Below are positions 29,576 through 39,334 of a stretch of 64,000 nt of DNA, piece after piece. Source of the DNA: Acidobacteriota bacterium (lineage in GTDB: Bacteria; Acidobacteriota; UBA6911); contig JBBIMP010000030.1 in assembly GCA_037444305.1 (NCBI GenBank), positions 346 to 64,345 on the forward strand. Direction: 5' to 3'. Within the stretch, counting starts at the first letter, position 1. Each line of letters starts with the position of its first letter. The notes beneath the pieces were generated by a model. The model worked only from the letters and a program-made list of their open reading frames with translations. It was not told where the DNA came from and did not search any database. The translations under genes were made by a program, and so were the position numbers.

Positions 29576-30626
29576 GTCGCCTCTCCGGCGGGCCCGGAGC
29601 GATCGCCGGAGCCCTCAGCGCTGCCCTGTAGCTCTTCCGCGCTCGAACCTGCGCTCCCGGAAGGGTCACGGCGACGTCAATCGACCTGATGCTGCCATCA
29701 AGTTTCGACTCCTCCGGGTAAAAGCCCAGCAGGTACTGCTGGCGCATTTCGCCGGCGATTTTGGAAAACACCTGGTCCAGGCGCCGAACATCGCTGGGGT
29801 AGAAACTCCCCGAAGAACCTTCCGAAAGCGACCTGAGCAGCTCCGCGCCCGCCTCCTGGTATTCAAGCCAGGAAGGCAAAGACCCGTCCGCCCGACCCCG
29901 CCTTCCGGGCATGCGCGAGGAAACGCCGAAAAGCTTCTTCATCATCTCCCTGGGGTCGACGCTGTAATGGATGGAATAGACCACCGTGTGGGATTCGTCG
30001 AGCAACTCCATGAGCCCGGCCGGGCTTGTTGCGCTCCCGGTGTCCTGGCCATCGGAAAGCAGGACGATGGCCTTTCTTCCAGGGACGGATCCGAAAGGCC
30101 CTTCGAGCGTTTCGGCCAGGGCGTCCCGCAGTCGCGTGTAGGGTCTTTCCCCGACTGAGGCCCGCCGGACCGCCCGCTCCAGGGCCTGGTGGTCCGAAGT
30201 CATGGAGCTCAGGATCTTTATTTCATCGTCGAAACTGACCACCATGGCGGCATCCGCCGGCCGCAACTGCTTCACGAAGCGCGAGGCCGCCTTGCGAATC
30301 CGGTCCAGGACCGTAATCGTGCTCTTGCTGGTATCCAGCAGAAGCGCCACGTGGATCGGTTCCGTTGTCGCCGCGAAAAAGGCGATTTCCTTCCGGCTGC
30401 CGTCTTCGTAAAGCATGAATTCGCCCCTGGCCAGTCCCGGGAGGTATCGGCCCTGGGCGTCAGTGACAAAGACCGGCACGCTCACGAGCGCGCTCTGGAC
30501 GCGGATGATGTGATCGCGCTTCTGGAGAAGATCGGTTGTGTCGCCGCCCGCGATGCCGGCGCACACCAGAGCCATGAAAAGCCCCGAAGCCGCCCGGCCA
30601 AATACTCCAGATTTCTTCCGTGTCAT
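29559..30626 (-). CDS. VWA domain protein of the Acidobacterial VWFA-related type (TIGR03436-like), with an N-terminal signal/TM
   Basis: The beta-sandwich segment ...VPVFVTDAQGRYLPGLARGEFMLYEDGSRKEIAFF is followed by a VWA domain with the MIDAS motif LLLDTSKS. It overlaps the downstream YkgJ-like gene by 17 nt. Confidence 0.7.
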   Translation of the reverse strand: MTRKKSGVFGRAASGLFMALVCAGIAGGDTTDLLQKRDHIIRVQSALVSVPVFVTDAQGRYLPGLARGEFMLYEDGSRKEIAFFAATTEPIHVALLLDTSKSTITVLDRIRKAASRFVKQLRPADAAMVVSFDDEIKILSSMTSDHQALERAVRRASVGERPYTRLRDALAETLEGPFGSVPGRKAIVLLSDGQDTGSATSPAGLMELLDESHTVVYSIHYSVDPREMMKKLFGVSSRMPGRRGRADGSLPSWLEYQEAGAELLRSLSEGSSGSFYPSDVRRLDQVFSKIAGEMRQQYLLGFYPEESKLDGSIRSIDVAVTLPGAQVRARKSYRAALRAPAIAPGPPERRHEPVP

Positions 30627-30730
30627 TGCACGCCCGTCCATCTGCCCTGTCAAATGATAACAGCTTTCACCTTGGTCAGAAATCCCAGGCAAAATGCCGG
30701 TATAGTAGTGGATATTTGGAGGTCGAGCCG

Positions 30731-31180
30731 ATGTCAGGAAGAGATTCGCGAGCAGGGGATGACACAAGGAGAGGCTTCATCGCCGAGGCCCGGCGGGAGC
30801 AGGAACTGCGGATGCAGGGGTATCGCGAGCGGGCTCTCAAGCTGTTCCCGCCGGTCTGCGGCCACTGCGGGCGGGAGTTCGAGGGCAAACGGCTCAGGGA
30901 GCTCACGGTCCACCACAAGGATCATGATCACGAGAACAACCCGCCGGACGGAAGCAACTGGGAACTGCTGTGCGTCTACTGCCACGAAAACGAGCACTCC
31001 CGGCATGGGGTCGCGGACTGGTCTGAGGGGCCGGCGCCGGGCGGCAGTCAGACTTCAGTCTCCACACACCAGCCTTTCGCCGGTCTCGCCGCCCTGCTGA
31101 AAAAGCCGGCGCCCGGCGACGCGGCCGGCCTTTCTCCGCAGAGGGAGAGCGCTTCGGCTGAACCGGATGCTGAGGATTGA
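30731..31180 (+). CDS. yajD: YajD-family HNH endonuclease
   Basis: CGHCGREFEGKRLRELTVHHKDHDHENNPPDGSNWELLCVYCHENEH shows HNH with zinc-finger Cys pairs. A GGAGG ribosome-binding site is present. Confidence 0.75.
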   Translation: MSGRDSRAGDDTRRGFIAEARREQELRMQGYRERALKLFPPVCGHCGREFEGKRLRELTVHHKDHDHENNPPDGSNWELLCVYCHENEHSRHGVADWSEGPAPGGSQTSVSTHQPFAGLAALLKKPAPGDAAGLSPQRESASAEPDAED

Positions 31181-31421
31181 GAGCCCATCCGGGCTAGTTC
31201 CTCCACCGGGCCTCCAGAATCGGCAGGGATTCTTGGTCGGCTGTCGAGGGCCGTTTCTGCAATTATACCTTAGACCAGCCGGCTCATAGCCCAGCGATGC
31301 GCACCGGACCTGTTCCGGAACCGCCGCGAGGCAATCCCCGCTTTTCGATCTCCGAACACTGCGCTATCATCAACCATCACCAGGCACCGCGAACGTCGAA
31401 TCCGAACATGGAGAGGCCGCC

Positions 31422-32231
31422 ATGAATCTCAACGAACGCCTGATGGCCAAGCCGGGCACGACCCCGGATCTCACCAGGCTGAATCCCGGCGCCACCCCGG
31501 GCGTCAAGGGCAAGAAGGCTGCCGCCGGTCTGCTCAAGCGGAATATCGACCGGCTCAACGAACTGCAGTACCTGCTCTACGCGGAAAACAAGCACGCCGT
31601 CCTGGTAGTGCTGCAGGCGATGGACGCCGCGGGCAAGGACGGGACGATCCGGCACGTAATGGCCGGGCTGAATCCGCAGGGCTGCTCGGTGACGCCGTTC
31701 AAGGTCCCCTCGGACGAGGAGCGCGATCACGATTTTCTCTGGCGGATCCACAAGGCCGCGCCGCGCATCGGCGAATTCGGCATCTTCAACCGGTCGCATT
31801 ACGAGGATGTCCTGGTCGTGCGCGTGCACAGCCTGGTGCCGCCGGAAGTCTGGTCAAAGCGCTACGAACAGATCAACGCCTTCGAAAAGCTGCTGGCCGA
31901 CAATGGCGTCACGATCCTCAAGTTCTTCCTGCACATCAGCAAGGAAGAGCAGAAGCGCCGGTTTCGCAAGCGCCTGGAGGATCCCAGGAAGCACTGGAAG
32001 CTGTCGCAGAAGGACTTCGACGAACGGGCCTTCTGGGAGGACTACATGCAGGCGTACACGGAGGCGCTGGCTCGCTGCAGCACGCCGTGGGCGCCCTGGT
32101 ACATCATCCCCTCGGACCGAAAGTGGTACCGTAACCTGGCCGTGTCGCAGATCATCGTCGAAGTCCTCGAACAGCTCGACATGCAGTTTCCTCCGCCCGG
32201 AATGGATGTCTCCCGGTTCCGGCTGGAATGA
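31422..32231 (+). CDS. ppk2: Polyphosphate kinase 2 family (polyphosphate:nucleotide phosphotransferase)
   Basis: VLQAMDAAGKDGTIRHV is a Walker-A-like motif, with a PPK2 lid and body. 269 aa, single domain. Confidence 0.85.
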   Translation: MNLNERLMAKPGTTPDLTRLNPGATPGVKGKKAAAGLLKRNIDRLNELQYLLYAENKHAVLVVLQAMDAAGKDGTIRHVMAGLNPQGCSVTPFKVPSDEERDHDFLWRIHKAAPRIGEFGIFNRSHYEDVLVVRVHSLVPPEVWSKRYEQINAFEKLLADNGVTILKFFLHISKEEQKRRFRKRLEDPRKHWKLSQKDFDERAFWEDYMQAYTEALARCSTPWAPWYIIPSDRKWYRNLAVSQIIVEVLEQLDMQFPPPGMDVSRFRLE

Positions 32232-32241
32232 GTTTGGGGAA

Positions 32242-32820
32242 ATGAAGCTCCAGGAGACCATACAGAGGCGGCTGGAAGGACTCGAACTCCGGGAACTGGC
32301 CGAGGATTACCGGCGCGAAGCCGCGGTCCTGATCCCCATTTTCGAGCGCGGCGGCGAACCGCATTTTCTGCTCACGCTCCGGACCGAAGAGGTGAAGTCC
32401 CACAAGGGCCAGGTGTCCTTCCCCGGAGGGATGCGCCAGGACGGGGAGAGCTTCAGCGAGACGGCGCTGCGTGAGACCTTCGAGGAAGTAGGCATCGCGT
32501 CCGAGAACATCGAGCTGCTGGGCCGGTTCCACGAATACCTTTCCATCACCCACTACCGCGTCGTCCCCTTTGTCGGCTACCTGAAATGCCCCTTCTCCAC
32601 CACTCCGCACGCAATGGAAGTCGCGGAGATATTTTCCGTGCCGTTCGGCATCTTCGGCGGGCCGTCCAATCTCCGCGTGGAGAAGATGAAAAGGTTCGGC
32701 CGCGTCATGGACGTGTATTTCTATCGGTACGGTGCGCGGGAGATCTGGGGACTCACGGCCTGCATCATCCGGGATTTCCTGGCGGAGATGGATCTTCTCG
32801 GAAGTTGCGCTCCTCAGTGA
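32242..32820 (+). CDS. nudL: NUDIX hydrolase, CoA pyrophosphatase (NudL-type)
   Basis: The Nudix box GGMRQDGESFSETALRETFEEVGI is present. The CoA-pyrophosphatase signature LLTLRTEEVKSHKGQVSFPGG matches LLTxR...FPGG. Confidence 0.85.
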   Translation: MKLQETIQRRLEGLELRELAEDYRREAAVLIPIFERGGEPHFLLTLRTEEVKSHKGQVSFPGGMRQDGESFSETALRETFEEVGIASENIELLGRFHEYLSITHYRVVPFVGYLKCPFSTTPHAMEVAEIFSVPFGIFGGPSNLRVEKMKRFGRVMDVYFYRYGAREIWGLTACIIRDFLAEMDLLGSCAPQ

Positions 32821-33151
32821 GGCCTTCGGTCACCTGCTTCCCCTATCCAAAGGAGGCGTTCCGCAGCCGCTACTGGCGCAAAGGCTACCGCGGGAACAAC
32901 AGCTCCGACGTCCTGATCCAGGACCTCAAGACGAAAAAAATCTCACAACTCACCGATACCAACCTGCAGAACTTCCGCAACCACACACAGGACGTCTACC
33001 CCATGTGGGGGGCGCGTGTCATCCCCCCAGCTCCGCTCGCGGGGCTGCCCGGTCGCGACCGCCCCCGTCCGGAGGCTTCAAGCCGTGGATCCCTTCGGCA
33101 TTGACGCCCACCCCATGCCATGCTATTTGTTGGCTTTTTCGGGACAGCGGG

Positions 33152-33982
33152 ATGCTTAGGGAGATTCCTGATCTAAAACTCGGCGCCCGGGACCGCCAGC
33201 CGGAAGGCTCGGTGGTCGATGTCGGCGGGGTACCCATCGGCGGACGCAATCCGGTCGTGGTGGCGGGACCCTGTTCGGTCGAGAGCCCCGAACAGATGCT
33301 GGCGGTCGCGCAGGCGGTCCAGCGCTCCGGCGCGAGGATTCTCCGGGGAGGGGCCTACAAACCCCGCACCTCCCCCTACACCTTCCGCGGGCTCGGCGAA
33401 GAAGGCCTGAGGATACTGGCGGATGTCCGGCGCGAAACGGGGCTTCCCGTCGTCACCGAAGCGATGGATGCGCGCCACCTCGAGGCCGTCTGCGCCCACG
33501 CGGACATGGTCCAGGTCGGCTCGCGCAACATGCAGAATTTCACCCTGCTCGATGAGGTCGGCCGCTGCAAGCTGCCGGTCCTGCTCAAGCGAGGCCTGGC
33601 CGCGACCCTCGAGGAACTCCTGCTGGCGGCCGAGTACATCGCCAGCGGCGGCAACGAGCGGATTGTGCTGTGCGAGCGGGGCATCCGGACGTTCGAGACC
33701 TCCGCGCGGAACACGCTCGATCTGAACTCCGTGCCGATGCTGAAGGCGCTGAGCCATTATCCCGTGATCGTGGACCCGAGCCACGGAACCGGCCTGTGGT
33801 GGATGGTAACGCCGCTGGCAAGGGCGGCCGTCGCCGTCGGCGCCGACGGGATCCTGGTAGAAGTGCATGGAGACCCGTGCGGCGCGCTCTGCGACGGCGC
33901 GCAGTCTCTGCTGCCGGAGCGATTCGAGGCGATGATGTCCGAACTGCGTCCCTTGGCGGCTGCGATGGGAAAGGAAGTCTGA
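33152..33982 (+). CDS. aroF: 3-deoxy-7-phosphoheptulonate (DAHP) synthase, class I-beta (unfused catalytic barrel)
   Basis: VAGPCSVES...[23 protein letters not shown]...VGSRNMQNF...LLKRG...[10 protein letters not shown] matches the B. subtilis AroA/KdsA-type barrel. A KdsA assignment cannot be fully excluded. Confidence 0.75.
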   Translation: MLREIPDLKLGARDRQPEGSVVDVGGVPIGGRNPVVVAGPCSVESPEQMLAVAQAVQRSGARILRGGAYKPRTSPYTFRGLGEEGLRILADVRRETGLPVVTEAMDARHLEAVCAHADMVQVGSRNMQNFTLLDEVGRCKLPVLLKRGLAATLEELLLAAEYIASGGNERIVLCERGIRTFETSARNTLDLNSVPMLKALSHYPVIVDPSHGTGLWWMVTPLARAAVAVGADGILVEVHGDPCGALCDGAQSLLPERFEAMMSELRPLAAAMGKEV

Positions 33983-34211
33983 GCTGCGAGGATCCCCGAC
34001 AGCACTCAAGAAGGGCAGGGGCGCAACACCGCACATGACTTCCCTCACCCGCATCCCGGGTTGCGGCAACCAGCAAATCCCCCACAGTAATAATTGAAAT
34101 CCACCGCCCCTTGGGAATAGCATCAAAGCACATGCGGCAGGAGTTTGCCCCCCGGGCCGCCGGTCCGGGAGCCAGGCGTTCGATATCGAGTTCTCTCTTC
34201 CGGAGACCGGA

Positions 34212-34823
34212 GTGGCGGCACACATATTGACCAGACGCGGACTTCTAGCGCACCCCGCATTCGCCATCTCGGAACTCCTCCGCACATTGCCCGAAGCCGA
34301 TACGCCCGGTCCTGAGGCCAAAACCGCCGGGGGACTCAGCGACACCGATGTCCAACGCATGCTTCATGCCCTCGCCGACCTCGAGCGGGCCAGCCGGGCT
34401 TTCCAGACGCTGGCCGCGGGACAGGAATCGGTCGTGCGGGATCTGAAGGATATCCTGCGGGATATGCAGGAAATGGCTGCCGGCGGGGAGGCGCAAAACC
34501 GGCGTCAACTGGTCGAGGATTTCCTGCCTCTGAGCGACAGCCTGCACCGCATGTCGAGGGCGCTCGCCAACTGGGAGAGCGGCGCCCTGGCGGCAGGGGC
34601 GGACAGGCTGGCCGGAAGGGCCGACGACTTTCTCTCGTCCCTGGGTGTCGAGATCGTACCTACCTTAGGGGAAAGATTCGATCCTCTGGTCCACCAGGCG
34701 CTGGAAATCAAACCGGCCCCGCCGGACATGCAAGGGCGTGTCCTTGAGGAGATTTCCAGGGGCTACCGCTTCGAAAACCGGATTCTGAGAGCGGCTCACG
34801 TCATCGTCGGCAGGAGGGAGTGA
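34212..34823 (+). CDS. GrpE-like nucleotide-exchange-factor homologue
   Basis: The C-terminal GERFDPLVHQALEI...GRVLEEISRGYRFENRILRAAHVIVG resembles the GrpE beta-domain signature (FDP..HEA...GY...R..LRPA.V.V). Confidence 0.5.
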   Translation: MAAHILTRRGLLAHPAFAISELLRTLPEADTPGPEAKTAGGLSDTDVQRMLHALADLERASRAFQTLAAGQESVVRDLKDILRDMQEMAAGGEAQNRRQLVEDFLPLSDSLHRMSRALANWESGALAAGADRLAGRADDFLSSLGVEIVPTLGERFDPLVHQALEIKPAPPDMQGRVLEEISRGYRFENRILRAAHVIVGRRE

Positions 34824-34866
34824 TGGGATCGGCTCTGCTGCCGGCGACGGCGGGACGGAACCACGC

Positions 34867-35835
34867 ATGAGGGCGGATTCGCTGTTCAACGAGGGGCTCC
34901 GGAGAGCGCGCACGGGAGACTACGTGCCGGCGCTCGCCCTTCTGCGCGAGTCGCTCGCCCTGGATGCCGACCGCGCCGAAACCTGCCGCCTGATGGGAAA
35001 AGTCTGCCTGCACCTGGGACAGCTGGACGAAGCCGAGGCCTGCTGGGAGAGGGCGCTTGCACTCGAACCGAGCGACAGCGAGGCCGCCCGCTGCCTGCGC
35101 GTTCTCGGCCGGCACCGGACGCTGCGGCATGCGTGGTCGGCAGCACTCGTGCTCATCCTCGCCGCGGTTGTCACGGCAGTGTCCTGGCATCATTACCGAT
35201 CTCTGCGCGGTTTCGAAACCGCCCTGGCGCGCCTGGAAACCCGGCTGCAAGTTGCCGCGCAGCCGCAGTTGCCGGAGCAGGAGGCCCCGGAGCCGCCGGG
35301 AGCCCCGGCTGCGCCGCCGGCCGCCCAACCGCAGCCAGAAGCGCCGGCAGAGCCCGTCCAGGAGCCCGCTGCGCCTCCTGCCCCGCCTCCGATCCCGACG
35401 CGTGCACCCGCGGCTGCGCCGCCTCCATCGCCGGCAAGGGCGCCTGAAACGTCTGTGCCTTTCGCGGACCGATACCAGACCGCCCTATCGGCGGCCCTTG
35501 CCGGCGAACTTGCCAAAGCGAGAGGCCTGTTCGAGCCGCTGGCGCAGGAAGTTCACGCGAAGGAACCGCTCGCGGGCAACGCCCACTACTGGCTCGGTCG
35601 CTGCCTCTACGAGCTCGGCGACACGCGGGCGGCACTCCAGCGCTTCAATCTCGTATTGGCGCAATATCCGCGTTCGTATAAGGTCGGGGATGCCATGCTC
35701 GACAGCGGCAGGTGCCATCTCCGTCTCGGGGATCCGGAAAAAGCACGGGAGGCATGGCAGAAGCTGCTCGACGGCAGATACGAAGCACGCGTGAAGGAAG
35801 CCGCCCGGCGCCTCATGCGCGAAGCCGGTTTTTAA
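34867..35835 (+). CDS. TPR-repeat protein with a TM helix and an Ala/Pro-rich linker (YbgF/CpoB-like C-terminal TPR)
   Basis: N-terminal TPRs, a hydrophobic segment AALVLILAAVVTAV, an about 90-aa Pro/Ala linker, and a C-terminal TPR module (...AHYWLGRCLYELGDTRAAL...). Confidence 0.6.
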   Translation: MRADSLFNEGLRRARTGDYVPALALLRESLALDADRAETCRLMGKVCLHLGQLDEAEACWERALALEPSDSEAARCLRVLGRHRTLRHAWSAALVLILAAVVTAVSWHHYRSLRGFETALARLETRLQVAAQPQLPEQEAPEPPGAPAAPPAAQPQPEAPAEPVQEPAAPPAPPPIPTRAPAAAPPPSPARAPETSVPFADRYQTALSAALAGELAKARGLFEPLAQEVHAKEPLAGNAHYWLGRCLYELGDTRAALQRFNLVLAQYPRSYKVGDAMLDSGRCHLRLGDPEKAREAWQKLLDGRYEARVKEAARRLMREAGF

Positions 35836-35955
35836 AAGCAGTGGGCTTCGTGCCCCTCTGGGTCTTGACCTCTGGGAGGCAAAAACGGGGAAGCGGCAAA
35901 GGCCCGAAGGTACACACCGTCGAGGCAGGCGTACTCCCGATTTCGGCAAGCGGAA

Positions 35956-37050
35956 TTATTCGTAGACGTGGATCGCAATGGCCTTCACGGCCGCGAAGAG
36001 GATCTCGCCGGCAACCATGTGCAACGAGGCGGCCGCCTCGCGCGTGACCTCGGCCCGGACCGGCAGCCCCGCGTCGATGGTGACCCTCACGCGATCGGCA
36101 AGCGCCAGGACTTCCGTAACAGTTCCTCGGAACACATTCCGCGGCGAACCTTCGGGCCGCTCGTGAAACAGCGTCACGTCGGCCGGCGCGAACGTCAGGA
36201 AGACCTCCCCCGCCAGTGCATCGGCGATCACATGAAACTCCAGCGGGCCCGCGTGGGCCGATTTGAGCCCCGCACCGGAATCCAGCACTGCCTGGAAGAG
36301 ATTCAAACCGGTGAATTCGGCCACGAAGCCTGTTCTCGGCTGCTTCTGCAGGTCGCTCAACCGCCCCGTCTGGCTGACCCGCCCCTCCTCCAGGACGATG
36401 ATGCTTTCCCCCAGGACCAGGGCGTCCAGCGGATCGTGCGTCACGATGAGCACGGGAATGGCGACCTCGGCCAGGAACTCCCTCAGTTCCCGGCGCACCG
36501 ACATGGACGTGGCAACGTCCAGCGAGCGGAAGGGCTCGTCCAGCAGAAGACACTCGGGGTCGGCCGCCAATGCCCGCGCCAGCGCCACCTTCTGCTTTTC
36601 GCCACCCGAGAGCCGAGCGACATCCGCTCCGGCGAGCGCCTCGATGCCGAGCCTCGCCAGCCACCAGTCCACAGCCCTCTCCCGCTCCGGCCGCCGCGCA
36701 GAACGCACGCGGGGGCCGAAGGAGATGTTTTCCCGCACGGTCAGGTGAGGGAAGAGCGCGTAGTCCTGGAAAAGCAGGCCGACCCGGCGCCGCGAAGGAG
36801 CGAGGTGCACGCCCGCACCCGCGTCCGAGAGGACGCTCTCCCCGAGCGAGATCCTGCCCCTGTCCGGCTGCAGCAGGCCGGCAATCAGCCTCAGGCAGGT
36901 GCTTTTGCCCGAGCCGTTCGGCCCGATCAGGACGGTCGGGGAACCTGGTTTGACCTCGAAGCAGGCGTCGAAGGCGAAGCCTCCGAGAGCAACACCCGCG
37001 TCGACCGTGAGTGACTGCGCTTGGCCCAGCTGCCGGCTCAAATCGTGCAT
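35956..37050 (-). CDS. modC: Molybdate ABC transporter ATP-binding protein with a C-terminal TOBE domain
   Basis: Walker A GPNGSGKST. Signature LSGGEKQKVALARAL. A C-terminal TOBE-like domain. Confidence 0.85.
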   Translation of the reverse strand: MHDLSRQLGQAQSLTVDAGVALGGFAFDACFEVKPGSPTVLIGPNGSGKSTCLRLIAGLLQPDRGRISLGESVLSDAGAGVHLAPSRRRVGLLFQDYALFPHLTVRENISFGPRVRSARRPERERAVDWWLARLGIEALAGADVARLSGGEKQKVALARALAADPECLLLDEPFRSLDVATSMSVRRELREFLAEVAIPVLIVTHDPLDALVLGESIIVLEEGRVSQTGRLSDLQKQPRTGFVAEFTGLNLFQAVLDSGAGLKSAHAGPLEFHVIADALAGEVFLTFAPADVTLFHERPEGSPRNVFRGTVTEVLALADRVRVTIDAGLPVRAEVTREAAASLHMVAGEILFAAVKAIAIHVYE

Positions 37051-37054
37051 GGTC

Positions 37055-37894
37055 TCAGACAACGGAGGGCCTCCAGCGCGCCGCCAGCCACTTGGCGGCA
37101 ACGAGCGTGACGATCGACAGGATCAGGACGAGGGTAGAGACAGCAACCGCAGTCGGGAGGTCGGACTCCATCGCGCTCATGACCGCGAGGGTGAGCGTCT
37201 GGGTTCTTCCCGGAAAGTTCCCCGCGAACATCATGGTGGCGCCGAACTCCGAGAGGGCGCGCGCCCAGACCAGCAGCACCCCGGCCAGGAGCGAGGGGCG
37301 GGCCAGCGGGAGAACGACAAAGCGGAAAGTCTTCCACGGGCCTGCCCCCAGTGTGGCAGCTGCCGCCACCAGGTTGCGGTCCACCGTCTCGAATCCCGCG
37401 CGCGCCGATTTGATGAAATACGGGCTGGCCACGAACACCTGCGCCATGACGACCGCGGCGCTCGTGAACCCGATTTCGAGGCCGAAAACCGAAAGGTGCT
37501 TCCCAATCAGCCCGTTCCGTCCGAATGCCAGCAGCAGTGCAACTCCGGCCACCACCGGGGGGACGGTCAGCGGAAGATCCACCAGCGTATCCAGCCACTC
37601 CTTGCCGCGGAACCTTCCGCCCGCCAGCAGCAGGGCGACCGGAGTCCCTGCCGCCACGCAGATGGCGGTGGCGGCCAGGGATGTCTTCAGCGTGACCAGG
37701 AGGGCTCGCACGGCCGATTCGGAGCGGATGTGCAGCCACCAATCCGCCGGCGAAAGAAAGAGCAGCAGCGCGGCGAGCGGGAAAAGCAGAAACAGCAGCA
37801 GCGGAAGCGATCCGAGCGCAAGCCCCGTCAACGAGCCGCCCGGCTCGCGTCGCCGCTGCCCGTCCTTCCCGCGAGCGTCATTGGAAGAAGCCAT
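37055..37894 (-). CDS. modB: Molybdate ABC transporter permease
   Basis: Typical ModB/CysT-type permease with the EAA-like loop (ARALSEFGATMMFAGN). Confidence 0.85.
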   Translation of the reverse strand: MASSNDARGKDGQRRREPGGSLTGLALGSLPLLLFLLFPLAALLLFLSPADWWLHIRSESAVRALLVTLKTSLAATAICVAAGTPVALLLAGGRFRGKEWLDTLVDLPLTVPPVVAGVALLLAFGRNGLIGKHLSVFGLEIGFTSAAVVMAQVFVASPYFIKSARAGFETVDRNLVAAAATLGAGPWKTFRFVVLPLARPSLLAGVLLVWARALSEFGATMMFAGNFPGRTQTLTLAVMSAMESDLPTAVAVSTLVLILSIVTLVAAKWLAARWRPSVV

Positions 37895-38714
37895 GCTCGT
37901 TCAGTATCTTCCGGCCCCGTTCACCCAGAACGAACCGGACAAAGGCGCCGGAGTGTTCCCGGGCCGCAGCTTTGGCGAGAACCGCTATCCAATAGTCCGC
38001 CGTAATCTCCACTCCCGGGGGAAGCGCGAGGATCCGGACCTTGTCCCCGGCCGCCACGGCATCCGTCTGATAGACGAAGCCGGCGTCGGCTTCCCCCAGC
38101 ACCACGCGCGACAGCACGGCGCGCACACTGGTCTCGTGGCTCAGAACGTTGGACTCGACACCTGCAGAATAATCCGGTCTGAATCCCTCGATCACGGAAA
38201 GCGCGTTCACGAGTGCCCGTGCATACCGGCCCGCGGGAACGGCTTCCGCGGCCATCACTACCTTCACGCCGGGAAGCGCGAGATCCTCCGGACGGGTAAC
38301 ATTCCCGCAGCCGCTGCAGGCAATCGCCACGATTCGATTGCGGGCCAGGAGGGCAGGATCACGAGCCAGCGATCCCTGCCTCAGCGCCTCCATTTCTTCC
38401 GTGTCGGCGGAAGCGAAAACGTCCGCCGGCGCCCCCTGCTCGATCTGTGTCCGCAGCAACTGGCTGCCGCCAAAGTGAAACTCGATGCGCATTCCCGGAT
38501 GGGCCTTCTCATACTCGGCGCCGACCGCGCGGAATGCATCCGTCAGGGAAGATGCCGCGAAGACCTTCAGCTCCCGGGATTCCCCCACGCGGCAGGCCAT
38601 GGTGAATGCAGAGAGCGACACGAAGAGAAGTGCGGCCTCGAGGGCTGCGATCCTCCAGCGCCAGGCGCATTGCAGAATCTCACGGAGTTGCCCGCAGGGT
38701 TGTGCCTGTGCCAT
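37878..38714 (-). CDS. modA: Molybdate-binding periplasmic protein
   Basis: VFAASSLTDAFRAVGAEYEKAHPGMRIEFHFGGSQLL...ADVFASAD is a ModA signature. It overlaps modB by 17 nt. Confidence 0.8.
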   Translation of the reverse strand: MAQAQPCGQLREILQCAWRWRIAALEAALLFVSLSAFTMACRVGESRELKVFAASSLTDAFRAVGAEYEKAHPGMRIEFHFGGSQLLRTQIEQGAPADVFASADTEEMEALRQGSLARDPALLARNRIVAIACSGCGNVTRPEDLALPGVKVVMAAEAVPAGRYARALVNALSVIEGFRPDYSAGVESNVLSHETSVRAVLSRVVLGEADAGFVYQTDAVAAGDKVRILALPPGVEITADYWIAVLAKAAAREHSGAFVRFVLGERGRKILNEHGFFQ

Positions 38715-38753
38715 GAACTCCCGAGGCCGGCGGCGCGTCAGGGATGGGGTACG

Positions 38754-39320
38754 CTAGAAGTGAATTGCGATCCCCGTGGTTATCAGAAGGTTGGAATCCC
38801 ACTTGGCGCGATCCCTGGCGCCCGTGATGTCCGGCAGGCCCATCGCCATCTGGTTCAGCTCCAGGAGGAGGTGAAAGCCGGGGCTCAGCCGGATCTGCGC
38901 GCCGCCGCCGTAACTAAAGGTCTGGCCGTAGCTCACCAGGGTAAAACCGGGCTGCTCGAATACATACCGGGTGAAGCCGACGCCGCCCTTCGCAAAGAAG
39001 TTGAACGGGCCCACGTCCCTCTTGGTCACCAAGAGTCCCTGCATCTCGTTGATGAGATTCAGATCGAGTCCGCCCTGCTTGACTCCAGTGTAGAACCCCA
39101 TCTGCTGCCAGAGCCCGAAGACACCGGTGATGTTGTAGGCGAAGCCGAATCCGCCGCCTTTCAGGCCGGCGTCCCTGATGTCGAACGCAGGGCTCCCCGA
39201 ACGGTAATCGAAGCTCCGGTTCCCCTGGTAGAAGACCTGCAATTCGCCCTGGGGAAAGCTCTGCGCCATCGCGGTGCCGACACCGAAGAGCACGACCGCC
39301 GCCACCAGTATGTTTTTCAT
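38754..39320 (-). CDS. Small outer-membrane beta-barrel protein (OmpW/OmpA-barrel-like), first gene of the mod cluster
   Basis: Signal peptide MKNILVAAVVLFGVGTAMAQ. Alternating hydrophobic residues and aromatic girdles. It ends ...TGIAIHF. It lies 39 nt upstream of modA on the same strand. Confidence 0.65.
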   Translation of the reverse strand: MKNILVAAVVLFGVGTAMAQSFPQGELQVFYQGNRSFDYRSGSPAFDIRDAGLKGGGFGFAYNITGVFGLWQQMGFYTGVKQGGLDLNLINEMQGLLVTKRDVGPFNFFAKGGVGFTRYVFEQPGFTLVSYGQTFSYGGGAQIRLSPGFHLLLELNQMAMGLPDITGARDRAKWDSNLLITTGIAIHF

Positions 39321-39334
39321 AGGACCCCCGTGAA

